From assembly GCA_024400935.1 (NCBI GenBank), contig JAKSLZ010000002.1, positions 7,057 through 71,056 of the forward strand: DNA of 64,000 bases, given 5' to 3'. Below, piece by piece: positions 27,748-36,396 of this stretch (position 1 is its first letter; each line of letters begins with the position of its first letter). The notes under the pieces are model-generated. The model had not been told where the DNA came from and made no database searches. It was given only the letters and a program-made list of their open reading frames with translations. The position numbers and the translations under genes are program-made. This DNA comes from Muribaculaceae bacterium. Lineage in GTDB: Bacteria; Bacteroidota; Bacteroidia; Bacteroidales; Muribaculaceae.

Positions 27748-30249
27748 TTATTGTATCATTATGCCGATAATGGCGTTGATGTCGGCTACGTCAATCAGGC
27801 CATCGCCCGATACATCGGCACGGCCTTCATATGTTGATGCGGGAACACCATTCATGAGGATGCCCAAGATGCAATTGATGTCAACAACATCGACTGCGCC
27901 GTCATTGTTCACGTCACCGGTCTTTGCTACAGGTGCGCTGGTGGTGGTCACCTTGATTAAGTTAGACCATTCGCTCTCGTCGGCGTCGGCATAAACAGCC
28001 TTTACTGTGTAAGTGTAGTCACTTGAAGCCTCAAGGCCTGTCACTGCATAGCTGGTGCCAGTGATGCCGGTTACGAGAATCTCGTTGCCGGTGCGTGTCT
28101 CGCTTGCAGCCTTTGCGGGAGCCGATGCGAGGTCGCTTGCATCACCGCTGTAGATGTCAAGGCCGGTGATGATAACACGTTTCTTGGCTACTGATGAGAA
28201 CGCCAGCTTTTGTGTTGCATTCTCGGCGCAGTCAAATGTCACAACATAGGTGCCCTCGTTGTCGTCGGCACAGGTTATAGTCTTGGTAGTAGTGCCCAAC
28301 TTCATGGTGAGTGTGCAGTTTGTATCGCTGCTATAAGCCTTAGCCTTGATTACCGCTGTCATCACACCTCCGCTATTGGTGAGGTTAAGGGCGGGTGAAG
28401 TGAGTGTGCCGGCATTCTTTGAAGAACTCAGGCGCAGACCGCCCACTTCGGTGAAGACGTTGCTGCCTGTCCATCCGGTATTGTCCATGTAGTTGTTGAG
28501 GCTCGAGCCCACATTAGAAGACCCCGCAGTTGTGCACTTAGCGAATGACTCTGAGAGGATGTTCTCGTATGCACCCTTAGCGTTGACCTTGAGAATGTAG
28601 CTCAATGCGCCGTCGCAAGCGTTCCAGTTAGCAGTGAAACCTGTTGAGCCCACTGCTGTAGCAGCGGTAGCTTCGGGAGCCTGGAGAGCACCCTTGACAT
28701 AATAGAAACTTACCGAGCCGTCGGTGTTCTGGGTAATCTCGGTGATGGGTTTGTCAAGGTAACCGCTGGTGTTGTTGAGCTTTGCTGCAGGTTTTGAAGA
28801 TGCGGTGAACTCTGTGTTGCCCTTGTAAGGATAAAGGTCGCCCACCTCGTCGTCTTCGTCAAGATAGTAACTTCCGTAAGAATAAGTCATCTTGAGGTTA
28901 TTGTCGGCAGGCATGATGGTCATGCACTGAGGATTACTGTTGTTTACAGTGTTGTTATACCACTTAGTGGCATTGTAAGTAACATGTGTGATCTGTAAGC
29001 CTGCAGCAGGAGCATATTTGTTCCAACCGGTCTTCTGGATGTTTTCGACCACGAAATACTCGTTGGCGTTAGGGGTAGGAATCTTGTAGGCAGTACCTCC
29101 GTTGGCAACAGGCTGGGTGGTAATCTTGTCGCCTTCGTTGGGGGTGGGCATCTTGTACCATCCCATGAACTCACGCTCATAGCCGGTGTAACCGCAGGGT
29201 GTGTAGCCGTCGTTGTTGTAGCTACCGAAGTCCATGAGGCTCCAGCTACCCATGCCGAAGTAGTTGCCATAGTTGGTGCAGTAGAAGTCGGGCAGGTCGA
29301 GGCAGTGAGAGAACTCGTGGCAGAAGGTGCCGATACCGTCGATCTTGGTGCGATCGCTACCATTCACCTCGTTGAACACGGCAAATTTAGAGATGGTCTT
29401 GCTGTCGAGCGAGATGTTTTTGCCATAGTCACTGCTTGCAAGGTCCCACTGGCAGGGCCACACCGCATTGGCTGCGTCGCTGGCATAGCTTGATGCCTCG
29501 CCGTCGCCTGCATAGAGCACGATAACCACGTCTACCACGCCGTCGCCGTCGTTGTCATACTTGGTCCAGTCTACGCTGGTGGGTAGTCCCTGGCATGCCT
29601 CGGCTACCATCTTACCCACGCCCTTGTCGTTGCCTGAGTAGTCGTTGCCACCATAGGTAGAACGGTTGTTGGCAAGGGTGACGGGACCCAGGATGTCGAA
29701 CTGGGGAGTGTATTTGCCAAACGATTGGTCAACGAAGTACTGGTAAACGCTCACTTCATTGGGGTTACTGATCTGCTGCTTCCACACGGTCACGGGGTCG
29801 CTGCTGATTAATTTCTTGTCCTTGTAGTTCACGAGGATAACGGGAACATGGGGAGCTCCAGTCTGGGGCACCTGGCTGGCCTTGCGTGCCACGAGGGCTT
29901 TGCTGCGGCGTGCGCTCTGGGTGTCGGTGAACAGTGACTGCAGGGTCATCTGGTCGCTATTGACGGCGATAAACTGCTTTTCGGCAGCAGTGCGGTTAGC
30001 TGCGTCGTGAGCCTGCACGGTGCTGATGCCGTCAGTAGTGCGGTAATAGAAGTTGCCGTCGTCGTTGCGGCTCACTGCGTAACCCTCGCTGGTTACATAA
30101 CTGTGGTGCCACTCGTCACCTGCGAGCTGCACGTGGATTGTAGTGCCGTCGGCTTGCTTCAAAGCACGCACGCCGGGTTTAGCGGGCACTGCCATCGCAG
30201 CAGTCCACGCTGTCAAGCATACTAATGCTAGTGTAAAGATTTTTTTCAT
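27748..30249 (-). CDS. M6 family (immune inhibitor A-like) metalloprotease with FN3-like region and C-terminal dockerin
   Basis: AVPAKPG propeptide, GDEWHH, YDNDGDGVVD, GIGTFCHEFSHCLDLPDFY, WSLMDFGSY; GDVNNDGAVDVVD / DVSGDGLIDVAD. Confidence 0.92.
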   Translation of the reverse strand: MKKIFTLALVCLTAWTAAMAVPAKPGVRALKQADGTTIHVQLAGDEWHHSYVTSEGYAVSRNDDGNFYYRTTDGISTVQAHDAANRTAAEKQFIAVNSDQMTLQSLFTDTQSARRSKALVARKASQVPQTGAPHVPVILVNYKDKKLISSDPVTVWKQQISNPNEVSVYQYFVDQSFGKYTPQFDILGPVTLANNRSTYGGNDYSGNDKGVGKMVAEACQGLPTSVDWTKYDNDGDGVVDVVIVLYAGDGEASSYASDAANAVWPCQWDLASSDYGKNISLDSKTISKFAVFNEVNGSDRTKIDGIGTFCHEFSHCLDLPDFYCTNYGNYFGMGSWSLMDFGSYNNDGYTPCGYTGYEREFMGWYKMPTPNEGDKITTQPVANGGTAYKIPTPNANEYFVVENIQKTGWNKYAPAAGLQITHVTYNATKWYNNTVNNSNPQCMTIMPADNNLKMTYSYGSYYLDEDDEVGDLYPYKGNTEFTASSKPAAKLNNTSGYLDKPITEITQNTDGSVSFYYVKGALQAPEATAATAVGSTGFTANWNACDGALSYILKVNAKGAYENILSESFAKCTTAGSSNVGSSLNNYMDNTGWTGSNVFTEVGGLRLSSSKNAGTLTSPALNLTNSGGVMTAVIKAKAYSSDTNCTLTMKLGTTTKTITCADDNEGTYVVTFDCAENATQKLAFSSVAKKRVIITGLDIYSGDASDLASAPAKAASETRTGNEILVTGITGTSYAVTGLEASSDYTYTVKAVYADADESEWSNLIKVTTTSAPVAKTGDVNNDGAVDVVDINCILGILMNGVPASTYEGRADVSGDGLIDVADINAIIGIMIQ

Positions 30250-30285
30250 ATTATCAGTTTATAAAAGTTTTTATGCAAGAATGTG

Positions 30286-30293
30286 CAAATTTA
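30286..30293 (-). promoter_or_regulatory. -7 promoter element (TAAATTTG) for the M6 protease
   Basis: TAnnTTTG on minus strand upstream of ATG 30249. Confidence 0.55.
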
Positions 30294-30424
30294 AACAAAA
30301 ATTATAGATAATGCAACATAAAATATAATTATGTGTTTTTTTTCGTGACGAAGTAACTATTTACCAATACTCCTTTTTTATAATCCCCGCGCGGATCTCG
30401 GATTTCATTCTATGGATAAATTAT

Positions 30425-30683
30425 ATGATTAATTATTTTGATTTCAGCCTAAAAGGCATCCAGGAGTTTTCGCCTCAGAGCGACGTTTACTCGCTTGCTG
30501 CGACACTTTTCTGTCTCCTCACTGACGATACTCCGCCTGGGGCCAGCGAGTGGGGCTATCCGCATGTATCGTGGCGGTAGTTGGCGTAACAACGCGAGAA
30601 ACTGCCGTTCGGCTAATCGTTACTTCAACAACCCGTCGGGCCGCAGCAGCAACCTAGGCGCTCGCTTGGTCCTCTCCCTGTAA
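30425..30683 (+). pseudogene. Collapsed remnant of a Ser/Thr kinase-FGE-sulfatase (CLec) gene with DGR variable-region-like 3' end
   Basis: Frame 30425-30580 reads KGIQEFSPQSDVYSLAATLFCLLTDDTPPGAS (kinase subdomain IX-like); the overlapping frame ending at 30683 reads GPASGAIRMYRGGSWRNNARNCRSANRYFNNPSGRSSNLGARLVLSL* (FGE C-terminus). Confidence 0.75.
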
Positions 30684-30715
30684 CACCAGATGGAGCGGTT
30701 GCAGTTCTTGGTTGC

Positions 30716-30736
30716 CGAAGCGACCGAGTCGCTTCG
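30716..30736. repeat. Perfect 9-bp GC-rich hairpin with 3-nt loop downstream of the FGE remnant
   Basis: CGAAGCGAC-CGA-GTCGCTTCG, 32 nt after the stop codon. Confidence 0.7.
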
Positions 30737-30773
30737 CACAAGGACGTGATGATGAGTTCGCTTGAAGATATAG

Positions 30774-30807
30774 CAGGGGCGTGTCGCTTTGTGGTGACAC
30801 GCCCCTG
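30774..30807. terminator. Stem-loop, probable terminator at the end of the GHL10 gene
   Basis: CAGGGGCGTGTCGC/GTGACACGCCCCTG. Confidence 0.6.
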
Positions 30808-30829
30808 ATTTAGTTTTATGTTTGTTGTG

Positions 30830-32335
30830 TTACTGGACGAGGGTGGGGGTTGACTCGTTGTTGCAGCGGTCAACGGCGGTCACTGCCCATGCCCACTTGG
30901 TCTTGTCTTTCTTGTCTATGGGGATGGTCACGCTTGTTAGGCCGGTGATGGCATAGATATTAGCGCTGTCCTCAATGTCAAGTGCTTCGCCCTGCTTGTA
31001 GCGGTAAACGACGTAGCGCGCTGCTTGCTGCATGGGGTCGGTGCTGGTGGGTGCCTGCCACTGGATGGTTACCTCTTTCTTGTCCTTGCTGATGCTGAGG
31101 TCTTGCACGGGGGCGGGCGCAATGTTGTCGAGCCAAGTGTAGGGCTGGATGAGTGCGGGAGTTGACTGGTGGGTTGTAGCTAGCGAGTCCATCACGCCAG
31201 TGAAGTTGCTAGTGATGGAGTAAGCGGGCCACCAGCAGGGACCCTGCACGTTCTCAAGTTCGCGCATGAGGCGCACCTTGTGGTCGAGCTGTGTGGGGTT
31301 GAGGGTGTCGCCCTTTGCTGCTGCGATGTCGCGGTGAGTCATCACGTTGTTCACGCTCTGTCCATAGTACATGTGGCGGCCGTTGGCACGGTTGTTCCAC
31401 CAGTATGACAGTGTAAGGTCGCTAGCAGCCTTGTGCTCGAGTTCCCAGTAGAGCTGGGGTACCATGTAGTCTACCCATCCCATCGCAGTCCAGCGGGGAC
31501 AGTCGGCATAGAGTGCGTCATAGCACTGTAGGCCATTGGTCTCGCTTCCGTTCACATCGTTCTTCTTGTTGCGCCAGATGCCGAAGGGGCTGATACCCAG
31601 CTGTACCCAGGGCTTGAGCTCCTGCAGGGTGTTGTGGAGCTGCTCGATGAGGCGGTCCACGTTGTTGCGGCGCCAGTCACCACGGTCCCATCCGCGGCCA
31701 TACTTGGCAAACGATGCGTCATCGGGGAATTCCTCGCCCTTGACGGGGTAGGGATAGAAGTAGTCGTCCATGTGGATGGCGTCCACGTCATAGCGGGTGA
31801 CGATGTCGCGCACTACTTTGTCGATGAAGTTTCGGCACTCGGGCAGACCTGGGTCGAAGTAAATCTTGCCGTCGGCATATTTAACGAACCACTCGGGGTG
31901 CTCATAGTAAACGTGTCCCTTGGGAGGCATTTCTTCTTTATTGGTTGTTACGCGGTAGGGGTTGATCCATGCGTGGAGTTCCATGCCGCGCTTGTGGGTC
32001 TCGTCAATCATGAACTGCAGGGGATCCCACATGGGGTTGGGGGCCTTGCCGGCCTCACCGGTGATCCAGCGGCTCCAGGGCTCCAGGTCGCTCACATAGG
32101 CAGCGTCGGCCTGCGGGCGTATCTGCCAGATGATGGCGTTGCAGCCGGCCTTTTGCAGTTTGTCGAGCTGGTCGACGAGATAAGTCTGTGTCTCGGCAGT
32201 GGTCATCTTGGCATACTGCCCCTGGCCGATGATGTGCATCCACGCACCACGAAATTCACGCTTGGGGTTACCGGCCATTGCGCTCAATGCCATCAGGGCA
32301 GCCACTACCGGTAATAAGATTTTAAAAGCCTTCAT
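30830..32335 (-). CDS. GHL10 (YddW/DigH-like) glycoside hydrolase with C-terminal FN3-like domain
   Basis: KREFRGAW, WQIRPQADA, WDPLQFMIDETHKRGMELHAWINPYR, YDVDAIHMDDYFYPY, GISPFGIW, DYMVPQLYW. Confidence 0.9.
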   Translation of the reverse strand: MKAFKILLPVVAALMALSAMAGNPKREFRGAWMHIIGQGQYAKMTTAETQTYLVDQLDKLQKAGCNAIIWQIRPQADAAYVSDLEPWSRWITGEAGKAPNPMWDPLQFMIDETHKRGMELHAWINPYRVTTNKEEMPPKGHVYYEHPEWFVKYADGKIYFDPGLPECRNFIDKVVRDIVTRYDVDAIHMDDYFYPYPVKGEEFPDDASFAKYGRGWDRGDWRRNNVDRLIEQLHNTLQELKPWVQLGISPFGIWRNKKNDVNGSETNGLQCYDALYADCPRWTAMGWVDYMVPQLYWELEHKAASDLTLSYWWNNRANGRHMYYGQSVNNVMTHRDIAAAKGDTLNPTQLDHKVRLMRELENVQGPCWWPAYSITSNFTGVMDSLATTHQSTPALIQPYTWLDNIAPAPVQDLSISKDKKEVTIQWQAPTSTDPMQQAARYVVYRYKQGEALDIEDSANIYAITGLTSVTIPIDKKDKTKWAWAVTAVDRCNNESTPTLVQ

Positions 32336-32416
32336 ATCAGTTTTTAGTTTTAAGTTTTATGATTTATGTTGCAAAGATAGCGTTTTTTTATTGAAGGACA
32401 AAAAGAAAATCCTCTG

Positions 32417-33103
32417 TCATCCTCTACAATCCTCTATTATCTTCTTAGATATCTCGTCGTAACGCAGTTTGAGCTTTTCGGGTTGTTTCAGCAGTTCTCT
32501 AAACTCAGCCAAGCGTTCAGCATTGGGGCTCTCGGGAATCCAAAGTCTGAGGTAGCCTCCTTCGACATATTTCTCGGCCATATGGTCGATGAATCGCTGG
32601 TACTGGCCAGCCTCGTCGAGCCCGGGATAATGAGCCAGGGTGTACTGGATGGTGCGGCGTATGATGGTGTCACCGTCAATCTGACGGTCGGCCTCGGCGA
32701 TGATGCGGCCATAGATGGTGCGGGGCTCGTGGTCGCTCGAGGCACGGTGGTCCTCGGCTGCATCGGCAATGACGTTGATCTGCTCGTGAGTGAACCACTG
32801 CAGCAGGCGCTTGTCGTCGCGTATAATGCGCGCACTCACCACGTGGTGCAGCTTGCGGCCCTCGCACAGACCCAGATCGTGATAGGCAGCCGCCACAATC
32901 AGCATGTTGCGGTCTAGCTCGGGGTAATGCTGGGCCAGCTGCTGGCTCATGTTCATCACATAGTGGGCATGGCCGCGCTGGTGGCCGGCATCGTGTGCGT
33001 CATAGCGCGGTACTATCTCTTGCTCAAGAAACTGCAATAATTCGGGTAAAATCACTTGTGTCAATTGGTTTGTTTTTAGTAATTTAAGTACAAAGGCCAT
33101 CAA
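32417..33103 (-). CDS. HD-domain phosphohydrolase
   Basis: HDAGHQRGHA, AAYHDLG, HH, EDHRAS, IAEADR; the true start may be slightly downstream. Confidence 0.85.
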   Translation of the reverse strand: MMAFVLKLLKTNQLTQVILPELLQFLEQEIVPRYDAHDAGHQRGHAHYVMNMSQQLAQHYPELDRNMLIVAAAYHDLGLCEGRKLHHVVSARIIRDDKRLLQWFTHEQINVIADAAEDHRASSDHEPRTIYGRIIAEADRQIDGDTIIRRTIQYTLAHYPGLDEAGQYQRFIDHMAEKYVEGGYLRLWIPESPNAERLAEFRELLKQPEKLKLRYDEISKKIIEDCRG

Positions 33104-33127
33104 AAGAGCCGTCCTTTTGATGGTGTT

Positions 33128-34264
33128 TTAGTTCTTCAGTGAGGCGATGATGTTGCGGGCTGCGGTGGCGGTGCTGTCATTGGTGCCCAGGCGGGCCATC
33201 ATGCGGTCGTAGCCTTGGAGCATCGCGTTGCGCTGGTCGCCATCCTGGAGCAGGGCGGTGAGGTGCTCGTCGATGGTGTCCTCGGTGCACAAGTGAAGCA
33301 GCAACTCGGGGATGATGGGTTCGTCGGCGACGAGGTTGGGCAGGGTCACATAGTTGCCCTTGAGCAAACGGCGGTAGAACTTGTAGATGAACTTGCTGCC
33401 GTTCATGCGGTAGCAGGCCACTTGCGGAGTACCCAGCACTGCGGTCTCAAGCGTAGCGGTGCCGCTGGTGACGAGCGCCACTCGGGCATTGCGCACGAGG
33501 TCCCACGTTGCATTCTCGACCATGAGCGCTTGTGACCCCATGCTGTCGAGGATGCTGTAATAGAGTTTGGGGTCGACCGATGGGGCCGAGGCTATGACTG
33601 CCTGATACTCGGGATGGCGTGCTGCAGCCCTGAGCATCGCAGGTAGGTTGTCGTTGATCTCCTTGGTGCGCGAACCAGGCACGAGGGCGATGATGGGTTT
33701 GTCTTCGAGTCCCTGTTGGCGCTTGAACTCCTTTGCGTCGGGCAGGGAGGGAAGTGCAGCGGTTATCTCGCTCACGGTGGGGTTGCCCACATAGTTGACT
33801 GCATAGTCGTGTTTCTTGTAGAAGTCTACCTCGAAGGGCAGGATGCAGTGCATGTGGTCGACATATCGCTTGATATCCTTGACGCGCCATTCCTTCCACA
33901 CCCACACCTTGGGTGAGATGAAGTAGTGCACCGGGATGCCCAACTTGTGGGCATGCTTGGCAATCTTGAGGTTGAACGACGGGTAATCGACGAGGATGAC
34001 TGCATCGGGGCGGATGCGTTCAATTTCGCGCTTGGCTTTCTTCATGAAGCCCAAGATAGAGCGCAAGTGCTTAGCCACCTCGATAAAGCCCATGTAGGCC
34101 ATATCGCAGTAGTGAATGATGGGCCGTTTGCCGGCCACCTGTCCCATGAGGTTCCCCCCCAGGAAATCAAACTGTGCTTCCGGGTCAATCGCCTTGAGCG
34201 ATTTCATCAGATGCGATGCGTGCAAATCGCCCGACGCCTCCCCCGCAATCAAAAAGTATCTCAT
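33128..34264 (-). CDS. lpxB: Lipid-A-disaccharide synthase
   Basis: MRYFLIAGEASGDLH, VDYPSFN, ISPKVWVW, ILPFE, YVGNP, LVPGSR, TSGTATLE. Confidence 0.96.
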   Translation of the reverse strand: MRYFLIAGEASGDLHASHLMKSLKAIDPEAQFDFLGGNLMGQVAGKRPIIHYCDMAYMGFIEVAKHLRSILGFMKKAKREIERIRPDAVILVDYPSFNLKIAKHAHKLGIPVHYFISPKVWVWKEWRVKDIKRYVDHMHCILPFEVDFYKKHDYAVNYVGNPTVSEITAALPSLPDAKEFKRQQGLEDKPIIALVPGSRTKEINDNLPAMLRAAARHPEYQAVIASAPSVDPKLYYSILDSMGSQALMVENATWDLVRNARVALVTSGTATLETAVLGTPQVACYRMNGSKFIYKFYRRLLKGNYVTLPNLVADEPIIPELLLHLCTEDTIDEHLTALLQDGDQRNAMLQGYDRMMARLGTNDSTATAARNIIASLKN

Positions 34265-34265
34265 A

Positions 34266-34364
34266 TATAATGGACGGCATTACATGCCTTTAAGGACGGC
34301 ACTTTGTGCCTTTAGGGACGCTGCGCTTTAAGAACGGTGCCAAGGCACCTATAAGACGCTACGC
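34266..34364. repeat. Left hairpin/linker array (5 units; linker about TWTAAGRAC)
   Basis: GGCAT-TAC-ATGCC, GGCAC-TTT-GTGCC, GC-TGC-GC, GGTGCC-AA-GGCACC, GC-TAC-GC separated by TTTAAGGAC, TTTAGGGAC, TTTAAGAAC, TATAAGAC. Confidence 0.85.
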
Positions 34365-34373
34365 TATGGGATG

Positions 34374-34730
34374 TTATTCGTTTAAAAGTTTGTTTTTGTA
34401 AGAGTCAATAACACTTTTTATCTCCTTGATTTCATTTAGGAGTAGTTGAGATTGTGAATTATCAATAAAGCCCAAGTCACGAGCAATTAATAATTCACAC
34501 TCCACTTCGCATGCCGAACCAATTGCAATGCGCAAGAAATGAGCAAAATCTTTTTTGCTATCGCGTCCGCTTCCTTCAGCGATGTTTGTAGGAATGGACA
34601 CTACCGCTCGCCTTAATTGTGACGTCAAACCGAAAAGTTCGTCACGAGGGAAATTAGCAGTTTCCCTGTATATTGTTGAGACGAAGGCTTGACTTCGTTG
34701 CCAAAAGAGAAGCTTTTGATAATTTATCAT
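34374..34730 (-). CDS. Four-helix-bundle protein (23S rRNA IVP-like family)
   Basis: YQKLLFWQ..FPRDELFGLTSQLRRAVVSIPTNIAEGSGR..FAHFLRIAIGSACEVE; visibly more AT-rich than neighbours. Confidence 0.92.
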   Translation of the reverse strand: MINYQKLLFWQRSQAFVSTIYRETANFPRDELFGLTSQLRRAVVSIPTNIAEGSGRDSKKDFAHFLRIAIGSACEVECELLIARDLGFIDNSQSQLLLNEIKEIKSVIDSYKNKLLNE

Positions 34731-34752
34731 CTTATTTTTCTTAAAGTTCTCC

Positions 34753-34895
34753 GTTCTTATAGCCTGCCATGCAGGCGTTCTTACAGGCGCTTTAGCGCCG
34801 TCCTTATAGCCTGCTTGCAGGCGTTCTTATAGGTGCCTTGGCACCGTTCCTATAGCCTGCCATGCAGGCGTTCTTACAGGCGCTTTAGCGCCGTC
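34753..34895. repeat. Right hairpin/linker array (6 units; linker about GTTCTTATA, inverse of the left array linker)
   Basis: Linkers at 34753, 34777, 34800, 34823, 34846, 34870, each followed by a 6-bp-stem palindrome (GCCTGC/GCAGGC, GGCGCT/AGCGCC or GGTGCC/GGCACC). Confidence 0.92.
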
Positions 34896-36290
34896 TTCTG
34901 TCGGTGCTACGTAGACATAGGCGCCTAGGGTGGGGGCCGACTCGGCGAAGCGGTCCTGGCCGTAGCGGTCGTAGCGGGCCCTGGTGGAGACGACGCTGCG
35001 GTCACCGCGGGCTATGGCGTCGCTCTCGGGCTTCACGCGGTAGTCAAAGATGTAGTCCTCGCGCACTGTGTAGTACTTGGGGTCGCCTCCCCACACTATG
35101 TTGATGAAGTTGTCGTCGTCTGTTCCGTTGCTCTTTAACAGACAGTTGCGCAGATAGATGTCGGTGCCAGTGAGGTCTCCGGCATTAATGTCGCTGGGCA
35201 TACCGTAGAGGATGCAGTTGTCAATGTCGGCCATGATGGGCGGACAGTTGGGGTCATCGATGTTGAAGACGTTGAGCAGGGGTTCGGTGACTGCTTTGAA
35301 CAGATAGTAGTTAGTGATCGTGCAGTGCTGCATGGTGGTGTTGCCGCCATAGAGATAAACCACGCCCTCGGCTGCCTCGCTGAACTCGGTGCCATAGGCT
35401 GTGACTTTAGCATTCCAACTGGTAAAGATGGGTCCGCTGGAGTTGTGGATGAGGCAGTTGAGCAGCTGGAGTGTTTGTTTGCCCGGGTTGTTAGAGCTTG
35501 TCTGGAGGCCAAATTCGCTACCGGTCATGTCCACAAACTCCCAGTTGCTGCCAAATGAGCCCACGCCAAACACTACGCCGCCCCACTGGCCTGACATGAT
35601 GTCAAAGTCGATGTCGGCCACGACCTTGTCGATGCGGTCGCCCTTGAGTGTGATGTGCTCGTCTTTATTGCCCAGGGCAAACATCCTGCCGTAGACCTTG
35701 AGGGCAGCCCCTTTGTGGAAGAGTAGCTTGGCTCCGGGGTTGACCCTAAGAGTGGCTCCGGGAGCAACCACCAGGGTGTCATAGATGAGGTAGGGCTTGG
35801 CAGCAGTGTAAGTGACATCTTCCCAAATGGTGTCGCCCGTGATGCGTGTCACGTCCTGTCCCCAGGCATTGATGGTTACCTTTTGGGTTACACCGTTGGT
35901 TACAAACTCAACGTGGTCAGTGAACTCGGTGGGAGTGTCCTTCTTGAGTTCGTCGATGTAGCCCTCAACAAAGACATAAAGGCTGTCGTTGCCTCGCAGC
36001 TCAATGTCATGAAACTCCTTGCCCTTGAGGCCGTCGACATTGATGTAGAACTTAGCGTCGCTCTCACCTGTCACTCTCACCGACGAGATGTTGAGCTGTT
36101 TCTTGCTTTTGTTGTAGACAACAAACTGCTTGGTGATGGTGCCCTGCTTGGTGATGACGGTGTCAAATGCCACAGTATCAGTGTTAAATGCAAGGATGTC
36201 GCTGCTTGAGGTGGTGAAGTCGTCCTCAATGCAAGAAGTTGCCGCAAACATTGAGATTGCCGCCAGTATGATGTAGATTATCTTATTCAT
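34827..36290 (-). CDS. Lipoprotein with Ig-like domain and probable parallel beta-helix
   Basis: Lipobox ATSC, DTVAFDTV, INVDG, AWGQD, KPYLIYD, GQWGG; Asn/Ile-rich beta-helix-like repeats. Confidence 0.75.
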   Translation of the reverse strand: MNKIIYIILAAISMFAATSCIEDDFTTSSSDILAFNTDTVAFDTVITKQGTITKQFVVYNKSKKQLNISSVRVTGESDAKFYINVDGLKGKEFHDIELRGNDSLYVFVEGYIDELKKDTPTEFTDHVEFVTNGVTQKVTINAWGQDVTRITGDTIWEDVTYTAAKPYLIYDTLVVAPGATLRVNPGAKLLFHKGAALKVYGRMFALGNKDEHITLKGDRIDKVVADIDFDIMSGQWGGVVFGVGSFGSNWEFVDMTGSEFGLQTSSNNPGKQTLQLLNCLIHNSSGPIFTSWNAKVTAYGTEFSEAAEGVVYLYGGNTTMQHCTITNYYLFKAVTEPLLNVFNIDDPNCPPIMADIDNCILYGMPSDINAGDLTGTDIYLRNCLLKSNGTDDDNFINIVWGGDPKYYTVREDYIFDYRVKPESDAIARGDRSVVSTRARYDRYGQDRFAESAPTLGAYVYVAPTEDGAKAPVRTPAWQAIGTVPRHL

Positions 36291-36396
36291 ACTTATTTAA
36301 CGTAAAGAAATTCACTTTATTTTTTAGGAAAGTAGTTTTTTCTTTCCACAGGATTTAACTAACTTTGCACTCTAAATCAAAAAAACTATAAAATTT

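Noticed and set aside
30495-30683. The 62-aa ORF as an intact small gene
   Set aside because: It has a TTG start and its N-terminal part is just an alternative frame of the kinase fragment; only the FGE tail is meaningful, so it is treated as a pseudogene.
34374-34730. Four-helix-bundle gene as the DGR avd partner of the VR-like remnant at 30.6 kb
   Set aside because: It has the IVP-type signature (FP.DE.FGLTSQLRRA..SIP.NIAEG), lies 3.7 kb away behind three unrelated genes, and has no adjacent RT or template repeat.
34266-34895. CRISPR array interpretation of the linker/hairpin arrays
   Set aside because: The constant part is only 9 nt, the variable parts are 7-15 nt palindromes that recur, and there are no cas genes in the window.
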